Assembly (NCBI GenBank): GCA_024276825.1
Contig: JAJRWI010000048.1
Location: 1-57,367, forward strand
Length of the DNA stretch: 57,367 bases
Direction of reading: 5' to 3'
DNA from: an archaeon
GTDB taxonomy: Archaea; Asgardarchaeota; Thorarchaeia; Thorarchaeales; Thorarchaeaceae
In this document: one piece after another, positions 27,615-36,735 of the stretch
How positions within the stretch are numbered: position 1 is the stretch's first letter
How the letters are laid out: every line of letters begins with the position of its first letter
The notes under the pieces: model-generated
Seen by the model: the letters and a program-made list of their open reading frames with translations, nothing else
Told to the model about the DNA's origin: nothing
Database searches by the model: none
Program-made: the position numbers and the translations under genes

Positions 27615-28814
27615 CTATCGCAATAGATCATGGATTCTCTTGGCAAGTCCATCAATTTCTGACTCCTCGGCAGCGGTCTCACGGCCATGAACTCTGATGA
27701 CCGGCTCTATAATCTCATATTTGCTGTCTTCAAGGATTTTCCTAACTTTCTTGACTCCTCCACCCGCCCAACCATATGTTCCAAAGAGTGCTATGGGTCT
27801 TTTTGGAAATCGCTTGCCTACAATCTCATTAATGAATGTCCAGACTTTCGGGAATGGGTATGCATCATAAGTTGGCGTGCCAATTACTAATACTCCCGCT
27901 CTAACCGTGTGTGTGATAACATTACTGAGTTCGGCATATGAAAGATTGAATGACATCACATCGAGACCTAAATCTAATAGTTTCTTTTTGATCTTCATGG
28001 CAACCCTCTGTGTAAAACCATACATGCTGCCATAGAGGATCACCACCCTCTTCTCTAGCTCAGGATTGGACCAATCATCATATTTCTGAACAATCCACAT
28101 TGGGTCCTTTCGATAGATTGGACCATGGCTGGGGGCGATAATCTTGATTCCGATTCCTAGGTCTTTGACCTTTGCAATTCCCCGCTGCACAAACTTAAGA
28201 TAGCTTGTGATTATTGTAGACACGTATCTTTTACTCTCTCTCTCAACTCTGTCCAAATCAATCTCATCGTCGAAAACATTTCCGTTTAATGCTCCATATG
28301 CACCAAATGCATCACATGAGAACAGAATCTCATCCTCAACAAGATATGTCATCATGGTTTCAGGCCAATGGAGAAATGGTGCATGTACAAACTTGAGGGT
28401 CTTACTTCCCAATGAGATCTCCTCAAGATCCTCCACAAGTTTTTCCTTGAGTGGCACATCATAGAATGACTTCTGCATTGCAGCGGCCTTCTTGGTATAA
28501 ATTAATGTGGCATTCTTTGCTATCTCTGCCACTAGTGGAAGAGCGCTTGTGTGGTCTGGCTCCATGTGATTAAGAATGATGTAATCGATCTTTTCAGGTT
28601 CAATGATATCTCTTATATTTTCCAGAAGTTCATCTGTCCAAGGTTCTTTCACAGTTTCAATTAATGCTACTTTGTCATCAACTATCAGATACGCATTGTA
28701 CGAAACGCCAAATGGGATCTCCCACAGGTTCTCGAACAGTTGTGTGTGATTATCATCAACTCCAACATAATATACTCCTTTCGCAATCTCTCTGTACATT
28801 TTTATCATTCCCAC
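27615..28814 (-). CDS. fprA: Flavodiiron protein (A-type flavoprotein)
   Basis: NHMEPDH, HWPE, FSCDAFG, APSHG, flavodoxin YGSMYGFT, FGTYGWAGG. Confidence 0.95.
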   Translation of the reverse strand: MGMIKMYREIAKGVYYVGVDDNHTQLFENLWEIPFGVSYNAYLIVDDKVALIETVKEPWTDELLENIRDIIEPEKIDYIILNHMEPDHTSALPLVAEIAKNATLIYTKKAAAMQKSFYDVPLKEKLVEDLEEISLGSKTLKFVHAPFLHWPETMMTYLVEDEILFSCDAFGAYGALNGNVFDDEIDLDRVERESKRYVSTIITSYLKFVQRGIAKVKDLGIGIKIIAPSHGPIYRKDPMWIVQKYDDWSNPELEKRVVILYGSMYGFTQRVAMKIKKKLLDLGLDVMSFNLSYAELSNVITHTVRAGVLVIGTPTYDAYPFPKVWTFINEIVGKRFPKRPIALFGTYGWAGGGVKKVRKILEDSKYEIIEPVIRVHGRETAAEESEIDGLAKRIHDLLR

Positions 28815-28963
28815 TTCTTTTTCAAATTAGAGTCAATATCTACAATTTGGTCTGGCACTTAACTATTGATAACGGTTTCCTTGTTGGCTAACTACTCCGA
28901 AACGAAAATACAGAGTATACTTTACAAGGATAGCTATGAAGAAGGGAAGTTGCAAATTAGGTC

Positions 28964-29374
28964 TTATTCGCCTTCAATAGCTTTTCCTGCGATGATCTCG
29001 TCGATGAACTCAACTATTGACCTTCCTAGCAAACCTCCCATTCCAGCCAGTAATCCTCCGATTATACAACTGATTGCTATGAGTACACCACCCATGTTAT
29101 TCAGTCCAAGTAGTCCAACAAAAAAATTGGCAATCTCAAGGGCATGACCCACAGATATCAGGTAAGCAAAGATTATGAGCCACGATAAAGTTATGCCCAC
29201 AAATCCGACTGCAAATGCTGTACGATGTCTGCGAACCAGAAGAGCTCCAATTATGCCCACTATTATCATCATTGGCCAACCCGCCAGAAATTGAAGGGCA
29301 ATGCCGATTATTATTACAATCATTAATGAGATGGCTTGGTTCTGTTGCTTTATGGAGTCATCAATCTTTCTCAT
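28964..29374 (-). CDS. Hypothetical membrane protein
   Basis: 136 aa with 4 hydrophobic segments; coupled to the upstream acylase gene. Confidence 0.7.
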   Translation of the reverse strand: MRKIDDSIKQQNQAISLMIVIIIGIALQFLAGWPMMIIVGIIGALLVRRHRTAFAVGFVGITLSWLIIFAYLISVGHALEIANFFVGLLGLNNMGGVLIAISCIIGGLLAGMGGLLGRSIVEFIDEIIAGKAIEGE

Positions 29375-29377
29375 TTC

Positions 29378-31978
29378 TCACCCTCCTGGAATGAATAGAA
29401 TGGTTCTCTCAATCATGGTTGAATCTATGTCTGCCGCAATAAATTGGGTGTATGTTGCATAGAAATACATCAAATGATAGTTATACTGTTGGCTGTCCTC
29501 ATCAAAGTCATACCAAAGGTTAAACAGGTCATCCCAATGAGGGCTGAACATGTTTCCGCTCTGCCCGCCAGGATATACACCGTACGATTGGCGTATGTTG
29601 CTAAGGTCTGCGACCATTCTCCACGAAGGTCCATGGCCGACAACCCAGCCACCTGCATTATTCAGAGTGTTCTGTCCTCTATGTGGGCCACCACCAATGT
29701 ATGTCAGTCCTGCAATGTGTCGTATCAGAATGATATGATGGTCTCCATATCTCCAGTCTGAAACCTCACTTCCAAACCTCGGGTCAGAAGTGATATCATC
29801 GAATGCTCGGTATATAGCTCTAACCAGAATGGCATTACGGTCTTCTGTCTGAGGTGTGGTATGGTCATCCAGATAGTACTTGTCATTTGTCTTCAGAATC
29901 CGTTCCAGAACTGGCATCCTAGATAATGGCAGAGTAGAGCTGATAGTCCGCAATTCATCAAAGACCTCATACTGAATCGCATTCTTCAAGAACAGCCAGA
30001 ATGTCGGCGCTGAAGAGTTGATATCCATCACATAATCCCACTCGCTCATCATGCTCATTATAGCATCGATGGTTGAGTTCGTTTCATCGCTGCTATTCCA
30101 TGCATCTATCACGAAAGGCAGGATCTCTTGAGCTCTCACTTCCAATGAGTCTGCCTGAAATCGCTTCATGTCATCAACAGTGACCTCATTATCCACACTC
30201 AACAAATGATTGATCCTTCTCCCTCGGTAGCAGTCCGCAAAGGGCCCGAGTATTGGAAAGCCATAATTTGCGGGGTCTATTGATCTCTGGTTGGCAGATT
30301 GTAGATATCCCTGAGATGGATTGATTGATCTGGGATTGTATGCGAATGGGATATTACTCACCATGCCAATATTATCTGACGTGGCAACAACTGGTAATTC
30401 GCCTGTATAGCCTGCGCGTATTGGTAGCCTTCCTGCCACTGTGATTGCAATGTTGCCTTGATCATCTGCATAGATGATGTTCTGAGCTGGAGAGTCCCAC
30501 CAATAAAGTGCATCATGATATTGCTTGAGATTAGTCGCCTGATTGAGCTTGGTGAGTCCCAGAATTTGTGTGGTCACTCCACCTCCCGTCCAGTTCATAG
30601 CAAGGTTTGGATAGAGTTCCTCATCCAGCCCTGCGTATGGGATAATTGAATCAATGAGCGGACCATGAACTGAGGCCTTGACCTGAAATGGAATATCTAC
30701 TCCCTCTTTTGTGTGAATAGTTTCATTCATAGTCTGAAATTCTCGATATTCGCCATTGTACATATACTCGTCGGGATTACTAGGATTGAGTTGCTCAACA
30801 AAAATGTCAAGAACATCAGCACCCACATTTGTGAAGCCCCACGCTATGTGATCGTTATGTCCAAGAACGATTCCTGGCAGGCCTGGAAACGTCACTCCCA
30901 TTACATTCAACTCGCCCGGTACAACAATGTGGGCTTCATACCAGAGGGAAGGTGCCTGAAGCACTAAATGCGGGTCGTTTGCCAGAATTGGCATGCCCGT
31001 ACTTGTCCTTGAGCCATGAACCACCCAGTTATTGCTTCCAATCTGGTCCATAATTCCAAATGGCGAGATTACATCATTAATCGTCTTCATTAGGGCATTC
31101 AACTTTTTCTTTGGAATCTGGGCCTCCTCTGCATATTCAGAGCCAAATGTGATTGGTACCGGAGATGCAGGCTTACCACCTGGTGCATTTGGATACTCTA
31201 CAATACTAAGATTATACTGTTCAGGGATGATAGGCACGACATATGGGAGCTCATCGGGAAACATGTCATTGTAAAGTGTGTCATTATTGATTGTCTGCTT
31301 AAGCCAGAGCCTTTGAAAGTCAAACATAGAACCGGATAGTGACCATGACATCATACTGGTCCAAAGAAACACATCATATCGAGTCCAAGGCTCGGGAGTT
31401 ATTCCTAGAATTTTGAATTCAATGGGAGTGGTGGCACTGGTCATTGAGTTGATAAATGCATTGACTCCCTCAACCTCCGCGTCTATCAATTCCAATGCAT
31501 ATGCAACGTCGGGGTTGGAATCCGCATTTTCAATAAACCACTCCATACTTTTCAGAGCAGCACGATTCAATCCTATGGTCCTGTAATACTTGTCAGATGA
31601 GTTGGCGTAGCCTCCGACTATTTCACTGATTCGCCCGCCTGCGAGATGATTCTGTAATACCATCTGAAACAGTCGCTCCTTGGCATGAAGGTACCCCAAC
31701 GCCATGAAAGCGTCCTTTGAAGACTCCGCATAGATATGTGGAATTCCCCATTGATCAACTGCTACTTCAACCCTTGCATCCAACCCTGTCAAGTAGATAG
31801 TCTGTTCCTTTGGGTCATTAACCCCCAGTCCGACATCAAAGATTCCGCCGCTGGGCGCGATAATTCCGAGTCCTCCAGTCAGAGGACCAATTGGCATTGT
31901 AAGAATGATTATCATGACAACTGGACCTACTAATGATAGCACAAGATTGAGGACCTTTCTTCTCATCAATATCACCAA
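29378..31978 (-). CDS. Penicillin acylase family (S45) Ntn-hydrolase with N-terminal membrane anchor
   Basis: DQWGIPHIYA, GYLHAKERLFQM, GSNNWVV (nucleophile Ser), LANDPHL, GPSWRMV, PGGQSGN..SPH. Confidence 0.95.
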   Translation of the reverse strand: MVILMRRKVLNLVLSLVGPVVMIIILTMPIGPLTGGLGIIAPSGGIFDVGLGVNDPKEQTIYLTGLDARVEVAVDQWGIPHIYAESSKDAFMALGYLHAKERLFQMVLQNHLAGGRISEIVGGYANSSDKYYRTIGLNRAALKSMEWFIENADSNPDVAYALELIDAEVEGVNAFINSMTSATTPIEFKILGITPEPWTRYDVFLWTSMMSWSLSGSMFDFQRLWLKQTINNDTLYNDMFPDELPYVVPIIPEQYNLSIVEYPNAPGGKPASPVPITFGSEYAEEAQIPKKKLNALMKTINDVISPFGIMDQIGSNNWVVHGSRTSTGMPILANDPHLVLQAPSLWYEAHIVVPGELNVMGVTFPGLPGIVLGHNDHIAWGFTNVGADVLDIFVEQLNPSNPDEYMYNGEYREFQTMNETIHTKEGVDIPFQVKASVHGPLIDSIIPYAGLDEELYPNLAMNWTGGGVTTQILGLTKLNQATNLKQYHDALYWWDSPAQNIIYADDQGNIAITVAGRLPIRAGYTGELPVVATSDNIGMVSNIPFAYNPRSINPSQGYLQSANQRSIDPANYGFPILGPFADCYRGRRINHLLSVDNEVTVDDMKRFQADSLEVRAQEILPFVIDAWNSSDETNSTIDAIMSMMSEWDYVMDINSSAPTFWLFLKNAIQYEVFDELRTISSTLPLSRMPVLERILKTNDKYYLDDHTTPQTEDRNAILVRAIYRAFDDITSDPRFGSEVSDWRYGDHHIILIRHIAGLTYIGGGPHRGQNTLNNAGGWVVGHGPSWRMVADLSNIRQSYGVYPGGQSGNMFSPHWDDLFNLWYDFDEDSQQYNYHLMYFYATYTQFIAADIDSTMIERTILFIPGG

Positions 31979-32215
31979 CCTAGAAACTATATACAGTATG
32001 CAGAACCTGAACTTATTTGTTCCGAATCAAAGAATCTGCATTTTCAACATGCAATATTATCTCTATCATGAAGTAATAAGGCGTCTGACCAATATTCTGA
32101 ACTGAGGTTTACTGTTTTCAAATAGATCCATTCATCTTGAACGCCAAAAAATAGCGAGTGCAATTGTGATTAATGCACCCCCAACACTAATTGCAATTTT
32201 GAACTGCATTGTATC

Positions 32216-32821
32216 TTACCTGTTTGGCATGTCATAACCATACTGGATTGTATTATTGCTGCGTTCAGCAATGTTCTCAAAGGTTGCCTTTGCAGATGGT
32301 GATGAATAATCATAGGCTGAAACATCAATGCCTCGGTACATCAGCATATAGTGAAGATGTGCATAGTTCTCGCTGTACATCAAAGTCCCTATTTCATCGC
32401 CAACTTCGACCACTTCACCACTATTGATCAGAATTGCATCCGATTGAGGGTTATTACTTGTATCATCAGTAAAGCCGGGCTCGAAGACAAGTTTCACAGA
32501 CCAGACCCTGTCTATAACAATTAGAACTGAGAAAAGCGTGTTTCCTGCATAAGGATTAATGGTTTCGCTGACCTCAGATACCCGTCCTGCACATGGCGAA
32601 ACAACGCCAACACACTCTGAAATGACCAAGTCTATCCCATTATGAAATACTCCTGGCTCTCCCCAGTCTGGTGTGTGGTATGCTTAGAGTCCTTCAATAG
32701 AATCTGGATTAGTGATGGGAAACTCTAACTCCGGACATGGCGTTTCGGACATGAGTGCAAAGCCTATGCTGACTGCCCCTAGAATCAGAAATACTATCGA
32801 TAGGATGAGTGTCTTTTTCAT
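32216..32821 (-). pseudogene. Secreted M23-like zinc metallopeptidase interrupted by one in-frame TAA (32684-32686)
   Basis: ATG 32821 gives signal peptide MKKTLILSIVFLILGAVSIGFA...EGL*AYHTPDWGEPGVFHNGIDLV, continuing in frame into ORF 32629-32216 with GEVVEVGDEIG...HLHY. Confidence 0.75.
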
Positions 32822-32954
32822 ACTTATTACTACTTTCAGCGCACTTGATAACAGTTTTCCCCGCTATTAACCAAGAATGAAGAAATCTGCGGATTATATG
32901 CTCGTTAGCAATCTTTTTCTTTGAACCGATTCTTTGATTTGCGGTCGTGATAAT

Positions 32955-34001
32955 ATGGTTAAGACTGACGGATTTAGAGGACGAGATTACATAACTCTTC
33001 TAGAATACACCAAAGAAGAGATTGAGACCCTGATTGATGTTGCTCTAGATCTGAAGAGGAAGTTCGCTGTTTGGGAGCCCCATAAACTCCTCGATGCAAA
33101 GACTCTCTTCATGATCTTCTACAATCAATCATTGAGAACACGAAACTCGTTTGAAGCTGGAATGACGCAGCTTGGCGGCCATGCTCACTTCCTCGACCCT
33201 TCCAAGATCTATGCCCCCGCCCTTGAAGGCGATGAGGTGGCATACTCCACAGAAAGGGTTTCTGATGTGGCACGAGTGCTGTCCCGTATGGGGCATGGCA
33301 TCGCAATCAGATGTTATGGTGACCCGGTCGGCTGGCAGTATGGAAGGGCCAACGAGATCATTCGGAACTTCGCACATTGGGCTGACATCCCTATTATCAA
33401 CATGGAGGATGACAAGTATCACCCTTGCCAGGCACTCGCTGACATCATGACAATCAAGGAGAAGTTTGGCACATTCAAAGGTATCAAATTTGTTATGAGC
33501 TGGGCATATTCACCATCTGTACACAAGCCTCTGGCCGTTCCTCAGAGTGCTATAATAGCAGCCACAAAAATGGGTATGGAAACTGTGCTTGCACATCCCA
33601 AAGGCATGGAACTCGATGATGAGGTCATCAAGCAATGTAAGATCTTTGCCGAAGAGAATGAATCAAGCTTTGATATTGTCTATGACATGGAAGAGGCTTT
33701 TGAGGGCGCCCATGTTGTATATCCAAAAGCTTGGACCTGTAAGGAGTTCATTCCTCCCTTCAATAATAAACCTGAACTTGACAAGGCCCAAGAAGTGTTT
33801 GACAAAAACAAGCACTGGATATGTGATGACGAGAAGATGAAGATCGCAGGACCCAAGGCATTATATATGCACTGCTTACCCTGTGACCGCGGATATGAGG
33901 TGACGAATTCAGTCATTGATGGTCCGCAGTCAATTGTTTGGGATCAGGCTGAGAACCGTTTGCACGGGCAGAAGGCTGTTATGGCACTCACAATGCGATA
34001 A
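32955..34001 (+). CDS. Ornithine carbamoyltransferase-family transcarbamylase, YgeW/AOTC-like (knotted type)
   Basis: SLRTRNSF, HPCQALAD, WAYSPSVHKPLAVPQS, HCLP, QAENRLH; no SMG motif. Confidence 0.88.
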   Translation: MVKTDGFRGRDYITLLEYTKEEIETLIDVALDLKRKFAVWEPHKLLDAKTLFMIFYNQSLRTRNSFEAGMTQLGGHAHFLDPSKIYAPALEGDEVAYSTERVSDVARVLSRMGHGIAIRCYGDPVGWQYGRANEIIRNFAHWADIPIINMEDDKYHPCQALADIMTIKEKFGTFKGIKFVMSWAYSPSVHKPLAVPQSAIIAATKMGMETVLAHPKGMELDDEVIKQCKIFAEENESSFDIVYDMEEAFEGAHVVYPKAWTCKEFIPPFNNKPELDKAQEVFDKNKHWICDDEKMKIAGPKALYMHCLPCDRGYEVTNSVIDGPQSIVWDQAENRLHGQKAVMALTMR

Positions 34002-34006
34002 GTGAA

Positions 34007-34042
34007 GAGGGTTCTCTTCGGACCCTCCCTCCCCTCCTTTTT
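34007..34042 (+). terminator. Hairpin plus pyrimidine tract between convergent genes
   Basis: GAGGGT...ACCCTC stem followed by a C/T-rich tract. Confidence 0.45.
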
Positions 34043-34044
34043 CC

Positions 34045-34917
34045 TTATGGCATTGCACCACTCAGTAGGAAGTGATCAATTAAGAATCCCATGACGAATG
34101 AGATCAATGCTACTCCAAGGCTTATTGCCGCCATCTCGCCGAACCTTGATTTGAAACTCAAGTCTTTTGCGACTGAGATGTAGTAATTAAAAATGGCGAT
34201 GATTATCACTGAGACTGTCAATGTTATTAGTAGACTCATGATAGGTTCGCCAAATGCGAAATATGGAGTGATCAGAAGGAACACCGTGATCAGATAGGTT
34301 GTGCCAGTATACAATGCTGATTTTCTTGCATCTGTGTCACCCTTAGACTTGCTTGAAAGATATTCGGATGCCCCCATTGACATAGCGGCTGATATTCCTG
34401 TGATGAGTCCCGTGAGCGCTATTAGAACCGCGTTCTGTAAGGCAAAAGTGAATCCTGCAAGGGCTCCTGTGAGTTCAACAAGAGCATCATTGAGTCCCAG
34501 AACAATTGATCCAACATACTTCAACCTCTCCTCATTTATCATCTCAATGAGATACTTCTCATGTTCCTCCTCCTCTTTCATCAGTGTATCAATCTCTTCT
34601 AACTTCACATCGAGTTCAGAATACACCAACTGCGCATCTCTCTCCCCTCTCTCTAGAAGCTTAATGCCAAACGTGAGACCGAATACTCTGATTATGAGCA
34701 GGAAGAAATAGTACTGCAGACGTGAAAAACCCACATCTTGCTGTGTATACTTTTTTAGAGTCTCATAATGTTGCATCTCCATCTCTGCAATGCTCTTCAA
34801 CACTTCTTGGTTATGCGGATCATTAGTCTTCTCTGCAACCTTTGAGTATATTCGATATGCGGTTATCTCATCCCTCTGAGCCAGAATCAGCTCCTTCATA
34901 ATTCTTCTGTCTAACAT
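34045..34917 (-). CDS. Rubrerythrin-like domain fused to VIT1/CCC1 iron transporter
   Basis: DE..Y...E..H and EEEHE ferritin-like motifs; GSIVLGLNDALVELTGALAG, SMGASEYLS. Confidence 0.92.
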   Translation of the reverse strand: MLDRRIMKELILAQRDEITAYRIYSKVAEKTNDPHNQEVLKSIAEMEMQHYETLKKYTQQDVGFSRLQYYFFLLIIRVFGLTFGIKLLERGERDAQLVYSELDVKLEEIDTLMKEEEEHEKYLIEMINEERLKYVGSIVLGLNDALVELTGALAGFTFALQNAVLIALTGLITGISAAMSMGASEYLSSKSKGDTDARKSALYTGTTYLITVFLLITPYFAFGEPIMSLLITLTVSVIIIAIFNYYISVAKDLSFKSRFGEMAAISLGVALISFVMGFLIDHFLLSGAMP

Positions 34918-35009
34918 AGGGACTCACTTTGAGTACATTGTCTTTCATCAATTAATAATGTGAGTAATGCTATTAAGGCAATTTTCATAGGTGTATATGT
35001 GATAAATAA

Positions 35010-35618
35010 ATGGCATATGACGATTCGCTGGAACTCATGGTAAAGTACCTGCTGAACATGCAGTTCTACTGCGAAAATGCTGATTATCTCTACAGTCGTG
35101 ATACCAACACCAAAATCCCCATACCCGGAATAAGTACGATCATGCAACGTTTTGCTGATGATATTCTAGAGCATTTGCACCTAATTGTAAAGCAGCAATA
35201 TCATGATTTTCTTGTTGAGGTGGCCAAGAAACTACCAATCCCGGTTGAAAAGATCGAAAGGCAATTTTGGGACAATATTCATGAACTGGACCTTTCTGAG
35301 TTGACAGATCTGCTCGCTGTGAATTTCCTTGTTGGTCCCACCCGCGAAACTCTGCAAAAGAGGATGTTTGACGAATTGATAGGCGACCTGAAAAGAAAAG
35401 CTATAGGAATTATTGGTACTCCCAATGCCGAACAAATCGTTCAAGAAAGGCTTGAAGCGTTGTATGCGCAGACCGATTCGGTTGTATCTATGCTGTACAA
35501 CCTTGTGCTTCTTGAGTTTCTCGCTAACAAATATGGCACCAAATCTGTGATTGAACATGTGACTGAACTAGTAGACAAATATTCTAGCAGGATTGTACAA
35601 AAACTTACTGAAAAATAG
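35010..35618 (+). CDS. Hypothetical alpha-helical protein
   Basis: 202-aa ORF, no motif recognised. Confidence 0.7.
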   Translation: MAYDDSLELMVKYLLNMQFYCENADYLYSRDTNTKIPIPGISTIMQRFADDILEHLHLIVKQQYHDFLVEVAKKLPIPVEKIERQFWDNIHELDLSELTDLLAVNFLVGPTRETLQKRMFDELIGDLKRKAIGIIGTPNAEQIVQERLEALYAQTDSVVSMLYNLVLLEFLANKYGTKSVIEHVTELVDKYSSRIVQKLTEK

Positions 35619-35797
35619 GCATATAGTTATGCAATAAAACGCTGTTTCATTTAGTTGATATTCTTCTGGTTGCAAATAATTGATCGTTTGAACTATAACT
35701 GAAATTCACTATTTCAAAAGCCAGAAAAAAAACAAAAAATTATATAGCATTCTCAAGAAATTCCAATTGCCGTTATGGCAAGATTGGAGGAAATATA

Positions 35798-36325
35798 ATG
35801 AGAAATGAGGTTATTAGGGTTCTTGCAACAGCATCAATTGTTGCTCTAGTTACAATGACAATGTTTTCTTTAATTACCCCTACAACTAATGCATATTTCG
35901 TCGAAGATAACTACTGTCATATTGATGCTGATGCTTTATGGAATCAATGGGGACTACCAGTTTTTGTCTCATATGTGAGTTCAAACAACCCAGGACCCGT
36001 TTATACCAACGGTGAATGGATTATTCACTCTAAAATCACTATGAGCTCTTCTACTGGCGCAATAACTAGCGTGTCCATTGAAGCGTATGCCTATAATTGG
36101 TACTCTCCCACTTCAGTTTCAATAACATATCAACGCATTGATGCATATCATCGACATGCAAAGGTTGACCTTGTATACAAGAGGGCTCATTGGGTTGGAT
36201 TCTGGCAGATTGGATATGATTACTACCACCTTTATGTTGACATTGATTATGTTGCAGAGCCCTACGGGTACGCTGTTGGGGTCAGCTATACCATGACAAC
36301 AGCAGTTGTCTGGGGTCTCTTCTAG
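35798..36325 (+). CDS. Secreted hypothetical protein, Tyr/Trp-rich, beta-strand-like
   Basis: GGAGG RBS; signal peptide ending TNA; followed by a hairpin terminator. Confidence 0.75.
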   Translation: MRNEVIRVLATASIVALVTMTMFSLITPTTNAYFVEDNYCHIDADALWNQWGLPVFVSYVSSNNPGPVYTNGEWIIHSKITMSSSTGAITSVSIEAYAYNWYSPTSVSITYQRIDAYHRHAKVDLVYKRAHWVGFWQIGYDYYHLYVDIDYVAEPYGYAVGVSYTMTTAVVWGLF

Positions 36326-36392
36326 AATTCCATGGATGCTATTGCATACAACGACAATTGGACACGTTTGAAGACTGTGTCTAGCCGATGAC

Positions 36393-36419
36393 GAGGCTCT
36401 TTTGAGCCTCTTTTTTTTT
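36393..36419 (+). terminator. Intrinsic terminator-like hairpin plus T9
   Basis: GAGGCTC-tttt-GAGCCTC-TTTTTTTTT. Confidence 0.7.
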
Positions 36420-36735
36420 CTCTCTCTCTCATAAATCACTAAGAGATGAAAGGCCTTTTGATCCACAAAACAATTCAGGTTAGTGGTGAGCCACTATACT
36501 TCATGAATTTCTGGCAAAACAAGATATCATGTGCTAATATCGCAACTAATCGAATATATTTGATATAATCAACTATCTATTATTCCACTCGAAATCTAGT
36601 ATGTCAGTAAATTGAAATGTCGATTAGTTGTTCGCAATACTAAGAATCTCACTAAGCCCCCCTATTAACACGTCAAATTTTGTTATTAGCTTTGAAATAG
36701 TTATGTTTTACTAACCATAATGAAAATGCGACCAA

